Shown one piece after another: positions 1 through 8,716 of a stretch of DNA of 64,000 nucleotides. The stretch is taken from NCBI GenBank assembly GCA_032128115.1, contig JAQBHB010000023.1, forward strand, positions 1 through 64,000, given 5' to 3'. The notes beneath the pieces are model-generated. The model had not been told where the DNA came from and did not search any database. It saw nothing but the letters and a program-made list of their open reading frames with translations. Numbering within the stretch: position 1 is the stretch's first letter; every line of letters begins with the position of its first letter. Source of the stretch: Deltaproteobacteria bacterium. Lineage in GTDB: Bacteria; Myxococcota_A; UBA9160; SMWR01. The translations under genes and the position numbers were made by a program.

Positions 1-281
1 GCCATGGTCAGGGTGACGCCCAGGTTGGTGAAGCCCTGCACGGGTTCACCGCCCGGGTTCCACACCAGCCCGTGCCCCTCGGCGAGATTCCGGGCGTATT
101 GCATGGAGATCATCGCGTCATCCCACAGGCTGAAGACGCGCTGGCCGTCGACCACGAAGCTCGCCTGCCAGAGGTAGCTGCCGCCCAACCCGAGGCTGGC
201 CAACAGCAACGCCGCGAAGAATGGGGCGAGGCGGCTTCGGGGGACCGGAACCGGCGGGCCGGAATCGGTGGAATCGCGCAA
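1..281 (-). CDS. GT-C-type membrane glycosyltransferase (AftB-like N-terminus), runs off the window start
   Basis: Own translation of the minus strand from TTG at 281: MRDSTDSG...LAPFFAALLLASLGLGGSYLWQ...SLWDDAMISMQYARNLAEGHGLVWNPGGEPVQGFTN. TM helix followed by a DDAxIS..YARN..G.G motif. Not in the ORF track. Confidence 0.75.
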   Translation of the reverse strand, partial: MRDSTDSGPPVPVPRSRLAPFFAALLLASLGLGGSYLWQASFVVDGQRVFSLWDDAMISMQYARNLAEGHGLVWNPGGEPVQGFTNLGVTLTM

Positions 282-377
282 GTCCTCGTCTCCGCGTCGT
301 TTTCCGGCCGGTGGCCGGCTATGGTAGGCAATGGGGTCGCCCCGGACACCACTTTGCAACCGGCCCCGCCGCGCCCA

Positions 378-1406
378 ATGTCCCGAATCGCGAAAATCCT
401 TGGCCTCGTCGCCGCCTCCGTGCTGCTCGCGCTGGCGATCGCGGAGGCGTCGCTTCGCGTCGTGGGCTTCTCCTTCGACGTGGCACCGGAGCGGGTCGAG
501 TTCGGCTGGCCCGCCCCGGTGGTGCGCGAGAAGCTCTACCTGCCCGATCCCGATCTCTTCTGGGTTCCGCGCAACTATTTCGGGCGCCTGGCCGAGCTGA
601 CCGCCACGCGCCCGGAGATCGTGTTCCTGGGCGACTCCTGCACCGAGTTCGGGGCCTACCCGCGCCTGTTCATGGATCGCCTGGGCGCCGAGCACCCGGG
701 ACAGCCCCTCACCTGGGCGCGGCTCGGGGTGGGCGGATGGTCGTCCTACCAGGGACTCGCGCAGCTCGAGCGCGACGTGGTTCCCCTGGCCCCGCGGGTG
801 GTCAGCTTCTACTACGGGTGGAACGACCACTGGGTCGGCTTCGGCATCGAGGATGCGGAGATCCGTGGCCTGCGATCGGGGGCCTATCTCGGCTGGGGAA
901 GCCCGCGCCTGCTGCAGCTCCTGTTCAAGGCGCGCGTCCAGTTCCTGCGCTCGCGGATGCCCGAGTGGCCCAACCGGGTGCCCCTCACCGACTTCCGGAA
1001 CAACCTGGTGGCGATGGCGCGGATCTCGAAGCGAAACGGAATCGTGCCCGTATTCCTGACGGCGCCAAGCGGTCACCGGCCCGGAGCCGAGCCCGAATAC
1101 CTGCAGGGGCGCTATCTGACCGACCTCATCGATCTGATTCCCGTGCATCGCGCCTATGCCGAGGCGGTTCGCCAGGTGGCCGCCGCCGAGGGGGCGATCC
1201 TGTGCGACCTGGCCGCCGGATTCGAGGAGATCCCTCCGGAGGAGCGGAGCCAGCGCTACTTCCGGCGCGACGGCATCCACGCCAGTCGGGAGGGGGATGA
1301 ACGGATCGCCGAGCTCCTGGACCGTTGCTTCCAACGCCACGCGGATCTGCGCGATCTCTGGCGGGGTCGCGCCGGAGACGTCGAAGACCGGGCCTCAAGT
1401 CGCTAG
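378..1406 (+). CDS. Membrane-anchored SGNH/GDSL hydrolase or acyltransferase
   Basis: ATG at 378 followed by a TM helix (ILGLVAASVLLALAIAEASLR); block I FLGDS, GWND, block V DGIH. Confidence 0.85.
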   Translation: MSRIAKILGLVAASVLLALAIAEASLRVVGFSFDVAPERVEFGWPAPVVREKLYLPDPDLFWVPRNYFGRLAELTATRPEIVFLGDSCTEFGAYPRLFMDRLGAEHPGQPLTWARLGVGGWSSYQGLAQLERDVVPLAPRVVSFYYGWNDHWVGFGIEDAEIRGLRSGAYLGWGSPRLLQLLFKARVQFLRSRMPEWPNRVPLTDFRNNLVAMARISKRNGIVPVFLTAPSGHRPGAEPEYLQGRYLTDLIDLIPVHRAYAEAVRQVAAAEGAILCDLAAGFEEIPPEERSQRYFRRDGIHASREGDERIAELLDRCFQRHADLRDLWRGRAGDVEDRASSR

Positions 1407-1455
1407 CCTCGTCGCCCGACAGGTTCTGCATTCGCTCCCCACAATCGAGTTCGGG

Positions 1456-2370
1456 ATGCCCGATCGCAGCGATTCCGCCGGATCCGTCGCTACGGTGGCC
1501 GTTCTGTTCGCCGACCTCGACGGCAGTACGCGTCTCTACGAGCGTCTCGGCGACGAGCCGGCCCAGCGTCTGGTGGCCGATTGCCTGGCGGCCATGGCCG
1601 ATCGGGTGGCGCGACACGGCGGCCGGGTGATCAAGACCATCGGCGACGGCGTGATGAGTACGTTTCCCACCTCGAATCAGGCCGCCGATGCTGCCATCGC
1701 CATCGTGATGGGGGTGCGCGAGCGCGACGACCTTCACGGCGGGCAGCTGGGCGCTCACGCGGGTTTCCACCTGGGTCGCGTGTTGTGCGAGCGGGGCGAC
1801 ATCTTCGGAGACACGGTCAACCTGGCGTCGCGTCTGGTGTCCCTCGCCACCCCTGGCGAGATCCTGGCAACGCGCGCCGCGGTGGACGCCCTGGCTCCGC
1901 GCTTGCGCAGGCAATCCCGGCGCATCGATCGGCGGGAAATCGAGGGCAAGCAGGGGGAATACGAGATCTTCGCTCTCACCTGGCAATTGGCAGATGTCAC
2001 CGCCCTGGTGGGAGTTGGCGAGCGGGCGCCCGCCGGGCGTCTGGTGCTGCATCTGGGTGACAACCGGGTGGAGCTTCTGGAGGGCGGGTTGGCGCTCACC
2101 ATCGGTCGCGACCCGGAGAACGATCTGGTGTTGGCCGATCCCCGGGTGTCGCGCTGTCACGCGCGAGTGGCGTTGCGCCGCGGGAAGTTCATTCTCATCG
2201 ACGAGAGCACCAACGGCACCGTCGTGCACACGGGAGAGGGGCGCACCGTTCGTCTGCACCGGGAGGAGCTGATCCTGGACGGCACCGGAAGCATCGGCAT
2301 CGAAAGCGGATCCGATGCGGGCGCCGTGCATTCCATCGCGTTCCGCGTGGAGCCTGGTAGCGTTCGGTGA
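1456..2370 (+). CDS. Class III adenylate/guanylate cyclase with C-terminal FHA domain
   Basis: Cyclase motifs VLFADLDGST, KTIGDGVM, DIFGDTVNLASRL; FHA motifs IGRD, VSRCHA, DESTNGT. Confidence 0.9.
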   Translation: MPDRSDSAGSVATVAVLFADLDGSTRLYERLGDEPAQRLVADCLAAMADRVARHGGRVIKTIGDGVMSTFPTSNQAADAAIAIVMGVRERDDLHGGQLGAHAGFHLGRVLCERGDIFGDTVNLASRLVSLATPGEILATRAAVDALAPRLRRQSRRIDRREIEGKQGEYEIFALTWQLADVTALVGVGERAPAGRLVLHLGDNRVELLEGGLALTIGRDPENDLVLADPRVSRCHARVALRRGKFILIDESTNGTVVHTGEGRTVRLHREELILDGTGSIGIESGSDAGAVHSIAFRVEPGSVR

Positions 2371-2417
2371 ACGCGGTCGCGTTCCGCGTGGAGCCCGGTA
2401 GCGTTCGGTGAACGCGG
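2336..2417. repeat. 41-bp tandem duplication (2 copies, 1 mismatch)
   Basis: tcgcgttccgcgtggagcc(t/c)ggtagcgttcggtgaacgcgg at 2336-2376 and 2377-2417. Confidence 0.95.
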
Positions 2418-3004
2418 AGATCGAATCGGTTCTCGACTTCTGGTTCGCCGATGCCCGAGAGGCCCCGGCCCGAAACGCAGTCTGGTTCCTCGGCAATCCG
2501 ACCTTCGATGCCGAGATCCGCACGCGCTTTGGCGACCTCGTCGAGGCTGCGCGGGCGGGCGAGCTGGATCCCTGGCAGGAGACCCCACGCGGGGCGCTTG
2601 CGTGGGTGATCCTGGTAGATCAGTTCTCGCGAAACCTGCACCGGGGCACGGCGGCGGCCTTCGAGGCCGACGCCCGGGCCCTCGAGGTGGCGAAGCGTGC
2701 CATCGAGCGCGGGTGGGATCGCGAGCTCCCGCTGGTGGAGCGTGTGTTCTTCTACCTGCCGTTCGAGCACGCGGAAAATCTGCACGACCAGGATCGCTGC
2801 GTGGCCCTGCTGTGTGGCCTCGAGTCCGAGTGCGACACCAATTGGAAGCCGCTCTTCTCCGGCTATGTGGGCTTCGGCCGGCATCACCAGGAAATCGTCG
2901 CCCGCTTCGGCCGCTTTCCCCACCGCAACCGGGTGCTGGGGCGTGAGGATACCGACGCGGAGCGCGCCTTCCTGGAAGCTGGCGGCTCGCGCTTCGGCCA
3001 GTAG
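2408..3004 (+). CDS. DUF924 family protein
   Basis: VLDFWF, ILVDQFSRNLHRG, FFYLPFEHAE, RFGRFPHRNRVLGR. Confidence 0.9.
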   Translation: MNAEIESVLDFWFADAREAPARNAVWFLGNPTFDAEIRTRFGDLVEAARAGELDPWQETPRGALAWVILVDQFSRNLHRGTAAAFEADARALEVAKRAIERGWDRELPLVERVFFYLPFEHAENLHDQDRCVALLCGLESECDTNWKPLFSGYVGFGRHHQEIVARFGRFPHRNRVLGREDTDAERAFLEAGGSRFGQ

Positions 3005-3039
3005 CCCACCGAATGATCGGTGCGGCACACTGGTGAGCG

Positions 3040-3765
3040 ATGAGTCCGCTCGAACCAGGAATCCGGGTGGCCGTGATCGCGGCCATGCGCCAGGAACTCC
3101 AGCCGATCCTGAAGCGCTTCGCGTTGCGTCCCGAAGGCCTGGGGCCGGGCCGCGCCTGGCGCGGGCAAGCAGGCTCCCGTGAAATCGTCGCCGTGGTGAC
3201 TTCCATGGGCACGGAGGCCGCAACGCGCTGGACGACCCATCTGCTCGACGCGCATCGGGTGGATCACGTGATCGTCGTGGGCATCGCGGGCGGCATTGCA
3301 CCGGACCTCCGCATCGGCGACCTCCTGAATCCAGAGACCGTATTCGACGAGAGGACCCGTGCGACGGTCCGACCGACACCCCTGGATGGCGCCTCGCCTC
3401 GCGGCCGTCTTCTCACCACCGACACCCTCCACAACGGCCCCGGGGCACTCGAAGCGTTGCGGCGCCAGGGCTTCCTGGCGGTCGACATGGAGACGGCCGC
3501 GATCGGAGCCGTCGCCGAGGCCCGAGGCCTGCCGTGGTCGGTCTTCCGCGCCGTCAGCGACTTCGCGGGTGACGCCACCGTCGACGGAGAAGTGATGAAC
3601 CTCGCCCGCGCGGATGGCACGCCCGATCTGGCCGCCGTCGCGCGCTTCGTGCTGACCCGGCCCTGGCGGATTCCGAACCTCGCCGTGCTCGGTCGCGGCA
3701 TGAACCGGGCTCTCCGGGCCTCGACCGATGCCGTATTCCGCGTGCTGGATGCCCGCAGTGGCTGA
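3040..3765 (+). CDS. Nucleoside phosphorylase/MTA-SAH nucleosidase family (HpnG-like)
   Basis: AVIAAMRQE, VGIAGG, AVDMETAA, FRAVSD motifs of the PNP_UDP fold. Confidence 0.85.
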   Translation: MSPLEPGIRVAVIAAMRQELQPILKRFALRPEGLGPGRAWRGQAGSREIVAVVTSMGTEAATRWTTHLLDAHRVDHVIVVGIAGGIAPDLRIGDLLNPETVFDERTRATVRPTPLDGASPRGRLLTTDTLHNGPGALEALRRQGFLAVDMETAAIGAVAEARGLPWSVFRAVSDFAGDATVDGEVMNLARADGTPDLAAVARFVLTRPWRIPNLAVLGRGMNRALRASTDAVFRVLDARSG

Positions 3766-3883
3766 TTGGCCAGGACCCTCATCTGAGGGCCTGTTCCCCC
3801 ATTTCGACCGGTCGAAGCGCCCGATCTCCCCACGGGGGACGATTGTTTGGACCCGTTTGCGGTTTTCACGCCACCGTCCCGTC

Positions 3884-3927
3884 GGAATCGCCACTTCCTG
3901 TTTGAGGAATCGCCATTTCCTGTTCGA
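3884..3927. repeat. 22-bp tandem duplication in intergenic DNA
   Basis: ggaatcgccacttcctgtttga / ggaatcgccatttcctgttcga. Confidence 0.9.
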
Positions 3928-3968
3928 GGACGGGTCGGGCCTTCGGGCCCCACGGAGGACCGCAATCC

Positions 3969-4796
3969 ATGGCCGCTCCCATTCCCCTTCAGGGGACAAT
4001 CGATCTCGAACTGCCCCGCGCACGGCGCGTCGGTTCCTCGGACGCGACTTCCGAAAGGATTCGACGGGTGATGAAGCGGATCGTCGCGAGCTATCCGGAG
4101 TTCATGCGGCGTGACCAGCTCGACGACGTGGAGCGGGTCGCCTTCCACGTGGAGCAGGTGCACCGGCCGGGTGCGAGGCTGGCGGATCTGGGAGGCGGGA
4201 TCGGCCTCTTCTCGCCCGCCTGCGCGGCCCTGGGCATGCGGACCTGGCTTGTCGACGACTTCCAGGACTCCGTGAATCACGAGCACCCCATCGACGACCT
4301 GGGAGTTCACGCAGGCCATGGGGTCCAGGTGGTGGCCAGCGACGTGCGCCATTGGGGCGAACACTTCGCCGACGCCAGCCTCGACGTGGTGACGTCGTTT
4401 GACAGCCTCGAGCACTGGCACCACTCGCCGCGCCCGGTCTTCCAGGAGGCCTTCCGCGTGCTCAGACCCGGCGGCACCCTGTTCTTGGGCGCTCCCAACG
4501 CGGTGAACCTGCGCAAGCGCGTCGCCGTGCCCCTGGGCCGCAGCAACTGGTCCCACTTCGACGACTGGTTCGGGCCCGACGAATTCCGGGGCCACGTGCG
4601 CGAGCCGGTGTTGGGCGACCTGTTGCGGATGATGGAGCTGCTGGGCTTCGAAACGAAGTCCGTCTGGGGTCGCAACTGGGCCGGGTACATGCGGGGCGGC
4701 GCGCGCCGCGCACTCACCCGAATCATCGACGTGCCGCTCCGGGCCTTCCCGACCCTGTGCGCCGATCTCTACGTGATGGCTGTCAAACCAGGCTGA
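3969..4796 (+). CDS. Class I SAM-dependent methyltransferase
   Basis: GGAGG RBS; LADLGGGIG, SLDVVTSFDSLEH, RVLRPGG. Confidence 0.88.
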   Translation: MAAPIPLQGTIDLELPRARRVGSSDATSERIRRVMKRIVASYPEFMRRDQLDDVERVAFHVEQVHRPGARLADLGGGIGLFSPACAALGMRTWLVDDFQDSVNHEHPIDDLGVHAGHGVQVVASDVRHWGEHFADASLDVVTSFDSLEHWHHSPRPVFQEAFRVLRPGGTLFLGAPNAVNLRKRVAVPLGRSNWSHFDDWFGPDEFRGHVREPVLGDLLRMMELLGFETKSVWGRNWAGYMRGGARRALTRIIDVPLRAFPTLCADLYVMAVKPG

Positions 4797-4836
4797 CGCG
4801 ACGAGGCCTTCCAACTTGACGCGACGAGGCCTTCCA
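4794..4836. repeat. 20-bp direct repeat (23-bp period) beginning at the methyltransferase stop codon
   Basis: tgacgcgacgaggccttcca at 4794-4813 and 4817-4836. Confidence 0.9.
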
Positions 4837-4883
4837 GCGGCTCCGAGCCTCTGGCGTCGCCGGCCCCCGGTCTTGGGCTCGAT

Positions 4884-5588
4884 TCATCGCGACCGGGACA
4901 AGGGGGTGCGCTGGCGCCCGTCGCCGTGAAAGTTCGAGGGGTCGAGCCAGCGCCGGAAGCTCGCGTCGAGGGCGGGCCACTCGGAATCGAGGATCGAGTA
5001 CCAGGCGGTATCCCGGTTGCGCCCCTTGTACACGGTGGCCTGGCGGAAGATGCCCTCGAAGCGGAAACCCAGGCGCTCGGCGGCCCGGCGTGAGGCGGCG
5101 TTGAGGGCGTCGCACTTCCACTCGTAGCGGCGGTAACCCAGCTCCTGGAATACGCGTCGCATCATCAGGAACATGGCCTCGGTGGCGAGTGTGCTGCGCT
5201 GCAGCTCCGGTGAGAACTGCAGGGCTCCCACCTCGATGGCGCCCCCCCGTGCGTCGATGCGCAGAAAACTGGCCAGCCCCAGCGCCCGATCGCCCTCGGG
5301 CGCAAGGATCGCGAAGAAGAGCGGATCCGCGCCGGTGCAGGTGGAGAGCATCCAGGTGCGGTACGCGTCGATGGATTCGAAGGGGCCATAGGGCAGGTAG
5401 GTCCACATCCGCCCCTCCGCATCGGCGCTCACGGCGCTCCAGAGCGATTCCAGGTGTCGCGCGGGATCGGCGGGCTCGAGGCGGCAGCTGCGGCCGCGCA
5501 TCGGCTCCGGTGCCGGAACGTCGCGGGGCTTCCAGTCCTCGATCGCCCAGCCGATGGGTTGACCCAGCTCGTTGTGTCGCGCGCCCAT
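4884..5588 (-). CDS. GNAT acetyltransferase (RimJ/YdaF-like)
   Basis: NELGQPIG start; LGYRRYEWKCDALNAASRRAAERLGFRFEGIFRQ; GRNRDTAWYSI. Confidence 0.92.
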   Translation of the reverse strand: MGARHNELGQPIGWAIEDWKPRDVPAPEPMRGRSCRLEPADPARHLESLWSAVSADAEGRMWTYLPYGPFESIDAYRTWMLSTCTGADPLFFAILAPEGDRALGLASFLRIDARGGAIEVGALQFSPELQRSTLATEAMFLMMRRVFQELGYRRYEWKCDALNAASRRAAERLGFRFEGIFRQATVYKGRNRDTAWYSILDSEWPALDASFRRWLDPSNFHGDGRQRTPLSRSR

Positions 5589-5590
5589 GT

Positions 5591-6271
5591 TCAGAGTTCC
5601 TCGCCGCCGACGGAGGCGAAGGGCCGGGCGTAGGCGGTCACATATCGAGGCGCGCGCACGCCCGGAGGCAGGCGGATATCGTCGATGGGCGCCTCGGCGG
5701 CTCGTCGCAGGGGGATCACGCCCGCCCAGCAGTCGCGGCTGAAGTCCGCTTCGTCGTCCGCCGGCAGGCCTTCGCGGAGCTTGGCGGAGGACTCGTTCAG
5801 CGAAAATCGCAATACCCGGATCATGCGCAGCTCCTGGTCGCTGGGCGGGCGCACGTCGTCCCAGCGTCCGGGCACGACGCTCTCGACGATTGCGTGCATC
5901 GCGTCTTGCTTCTCCCGCGCGTCGGTCACCTCGACCGCCTTCCCGAAGACCATCACGGATCGGTAGTTCACGGACGTGCGGAAGGCCGAGCGGGCCAGCA
6001 CCAGTCCATCCAGGAGCGAGACGGTGATGCAGGCGGCGGCGCCGTCGCGAAGTGCGAGCAGGGAGCGGTTCCCGGCGGAACCGTGGATGAACACGGTGTC
6101 GTCGACGCGCGCGAACACCATGGGGATGCAATGGGCCTGGCCGTCCACGGCGTACGCCACGTGGCAGTGGACCGCTTCGTCCAGGATCGCCGCAATGGTG
6201 GCCCGGTCGTGGCTGCCGCGGTCGGGCTTGCGGTTCAGGGTCGTGAGGAGGGTGGCGGTGGTTTCGCTCAT
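5591..6271 (-). CDS. Pyridoxamine 5'-phosphate oxidase-like flavin-nucleotide-binding protein
   Basis: RGSHDRATIAAILDE, IHGS, LDGLVLARSAF..SVNYRSV, WAGVIPL. Confidence 0.9.
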   Translation of the reverse strand: MSETTATLLTTLNRKPDRGSHDRATIAAILDEAVHCHVAYAVDGQAHCIPMVFARVDDTVFIHGSAGNRSLLALRDGAAACITVSLLDGLVLARSAFRTSVNYRSVMVFGKAVEVTDAREKQDAMHAIVESVVPGRWDDVRPPSDQELRMIRVLRFSLNESSAKLREGLPADDEADFSRDCWAGVIPLRRAAEAPIDDIRLPPGVRAPRYVTAYARPFASVGGEEL

Positions 6272-6301
6272 GGCGGGATCCCCTGGTGCACGGATCGGTC
6301 T

Positions 6302-6317
6302 TTTGTTACAGTACAAA
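6302..6317. promoter_or_regulatory. Inverted repeat, probable operator of the divergent MocR-type regulator
   Basis: TTTGT-N6-ACAAA in the short AT-rich divergent spacer. Confidence 0.45.
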
Positions 6318-6320
6318 TTA

Positions 6321-7652
6321 ATGACTGTGCCGCTACATAATATCACAGGAACCACGGCGATCGAAATCGCCGGGAGCGTCGAGGCGGCGATCCTGGCCGG
6401 GCGCCTCGCCCCGAACGCGGGGCTCCCGACAGTCCGGGCGCTCGCGAACACCCTCGCCGTGAGCCCCAGCACCGTCTCCGCCGCCTACAAGAGCCTGAAG
6501 GGCCGCGGCCTGCTGGTGGCGCAACGCCGGCGGGGCACGGCCGTCAGCCCGCGCCCCGCGATCCACCGGGGCACCACGGTTCCGAAGTTCGGGCCGGGGG
6601 TGCGCAACCTGGCGACGGGAAACCCGGATCCCGCCCTGCTTCCGGCGCTCGGCCCCGCGCTCCAGAGCGTGGACGCCAGCCCCGTGCTCTACGGAGACGA
6701 TCTGCTGGACGGGGGCCTCGGCCGCCGGGCCCTGGCGCGGTTCCGGGCCGACGGCATTCCCGCCGAGGAATTGTGCGTGGTGGCCGGTGCCCTCGATGGG
6801 CTCGAGCGCGTGCTGGCCGCGCACCTCCGCCCTGGCGATCGCGTGGCTCTCGAAGACCCGGCGTTCGTGGGGGTACGCGACCTGCTGTCGCTGCTCGGCC
6901 TGGTGGCGGTTCCCGTGGCGATCGACGATTCGGGTCCGCTCCCGAATGCGCTCGCACGCGCTCTCGCATCCGGGGTCGACGCTTTCATCGTCACCCCCCG
7001 CGCCCAGAACCCGACCGGGGCCTGCCTGGATCCGAAACGGGTGCGCGAGCTGACAGGGGTCCTGGCGCGCTACCCGGACGTGTTGGTGTGCGAAGACGAC
7101 CACGCCGGCGCGGTGGCAGGGGTTCCGGCGGCGACCCTGGTGGCTTCAGGGGCATTGTCGCGTTGGGCCGTGGTGCGCTCGTTCTCGAAATCCCTGGGTC
7201 CGGATCTGCGCATCGCCCTGCTGGCGGCCGACCCGGTGACCATCGGTCGTGTCGAGGGTCGGCAACGCCTGGGAATGCGGTGGGTCAGCCACCTGTTGCA
7301 GCGAATTGCGCTCGCACTCTGGACGGACCGCAACGTGCAAACGCAGCTGCGCCTGGCTGCGCGTACCTATACCGAACGTCGAAACGCGATGCTGGACGCG
7401 CTCGCAAGCCACGGAATCCGCGCCCACGGTCGCTCGGGTCTCAACATCTGGGTTCCGGTTCCCGAGGAGGCGGCCGTCGTGTCGGCCCTGGCCGAGGCGG
7501 GATGGGGCGTGTGCGCCGGCGAGCGTTTCCGCCTCGAGTCGCCCCCGGCAATCCGGATCTCCGTCGCCGGGCTGCCCGCCGAGGATGCAGGAGATCTTGC
7601 CCGCGATCTCGCCCGGGTGCTGCTTCCCGACCGAAGCAGCACCGCCAGCTGA
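6321..7652 (+). CDS. GntR/MocR family regulator (wHTH plus PLP aminotransferase-like domain)
   Basis: LPTVRALANTLAVSPSTVSAAYKSL HTH; PRAQNPTG, EDDH, RSFSKSLGPDLR. Confidence 0.92.
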   Translation: MTVPLHNITGTTAIEIAGSVEAAILAGRLAPNAGLPTVRALANTLAVSPSTVSAAYKSLKGRGLLVAQRRRGTAVSPRPAIHRGTTVPKFGPGVRNLATGNPDPALLPALGPALQSVDASPVLYGDDLLDGGLGRRALARFRADGIPAEELCVVAGALDGLERVLAAHLRPGDRVALEDPAFVGVRDLLSLLGLVAVPVAIDDSGPLPNALARALASGVDAFIVTPRAQNPTGACLDPKRVRELTGVLARYPDVLVCEDDHAGAVAGVPAATLVASGALSRWAVVRSFSKSLGPDLRIALLAADPVTIGRVEGRQRLGMRWVSHLLQRIALALWTDRNVQTQLRLAARTYTERRNAMLDALASHGIRAHGRSGLNIWVPVPEEAAVVSALAEAGWGVCAGERFRLESPPAIRISVAGLPAEDAGDLARDLARVLLPDRSSTAS

Positions 7653-7672
7653 GCGACGCCTCGGCGACGTGC

Positions 7673-8665
7673 CTACGCGGGCGGCGATGGGCGCGGGCCG
7701 ACCCGATCCGGGAGGTCCTTCACCAGCTCGCGGATGTGGTCGACGGTGGTTCCGCAGCAGCCTCCGATGATCTGGACGCCCATGCCCACCCAATGCCGGG
7801 CGTGCTCGGCGAACCGCGCGGGGGACATCCGCTCCGCGCCCTGCTCGTCCGTGGCGTTGTCCGAAGACGTCTCGGGATAGGCCATGACCGGGCCCTTCCA
7901 GCGCTGGAAGAGCAGGCCGAGGGCAGGATTCATGGCGTCGACGGTGCTGTGCATGATGCCGGCCACCGTTCCGCCCAGTGACGTGAGCTCGTCGATGATG
8001 GTTTCGAGGGCCAGCGGCTCCTCGCCCACGTGGTTCTCGCAGAGCGATGCGCGCTCCTCGCGAGCCATGTCCCAGCCCACCAGGCTGCCGTCCGGGCGCC
8101 GCGTGCAGCTGATGCCGACCCACACCGGAAGGCCCGTGGCCAGCGCGGCTTCGATCGACCGGCGGGCCCGCACCACGTCCAGCATCATCTCCATGAGGAA
8201 AAGGTCGGCGCCCGCCTGGGCCAGCGTGTCTGCCATCTCGCGATAATTCGCCGCCTCCTGCTTCGGCGTGGGCAGATGACGAGGGTCTGGACTCAGGCTG
8301 CCGGGCAGCCACGCCACGTTGTTCGACATGGACGCGGCGACGGCAATCGGTCGGGAGGCTCCCACCCGGTCCCGCGCCTCGAGGGCGAGCTCGACGGCGC
8401 GTGTGTTGATCGCCACTGTCTCGTCGCCGAGCCCCGCGCCATCGAGCACGTGCCGGCAGGTGGCGAACGTGTTGGCCGTGACGACGTCCGAGCCGGCCCG
8501 GATGTAGGCCTCGTGGACGCTGCGCACCGCGTCGGGGTGGGTCTTGTTGGCTACCCCGCACCAGGCGGCGTCATGCAACGCGACGCCGAAGCGCTCGATC
8601 TCGGTTCCCACGGCGCCATCGAGCACGACGACGCGGCCCGTGCGAAGCTTGTCGTCGAGAATCAC
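7673..8665 (-). CDS. Homocysteine S-methyltransferase family protein
   Basis: VLDGAVGTE, HEAYIRAGSDVVTANTF, IIGGCCGT. Confidence 0.9.
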   Translation of the reverse strand: MILDDKLRTGRVVVLDGAVGTEIERFGVALHDAAWCGVANKTHPDAVRSVHEAYIRAGSDVVTANTFATCRHVLDGAGLGDETVAINTRAVELALEARDRVGASRPIAVAASMSNNVAWLPGSLSPDPRHLPTPKQEAANYREMADTLAQAGADLFLMEMMLDVVRARRSIEAALATGLPVWVGISCTRRPDGSLVGWDMAREERASLCENHVGEEPLALETIIDELTSLGGTVAGIMHSTVDAMNPALGLLFQRWKGPVMAYPETSSDNATDEQGAERMSPARFAEHARHWVGMGVQIIGGCCGTTVDHIRELVKDLPDRVGPRPSPPA

Positions 8666-8716
8666 TCTCCAAGATTATCACGCGGGTCGGGGGCCCATTC
8701 CCTGGGAGACAGCGAG

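Noticed and set aside
342..358. CCGGACACCACTTTGCA as a sigma-54 promoter
   Set aside because: Spacing fits GG-N10-GC, but the -24 box is poor and it lies very close to the start codon.
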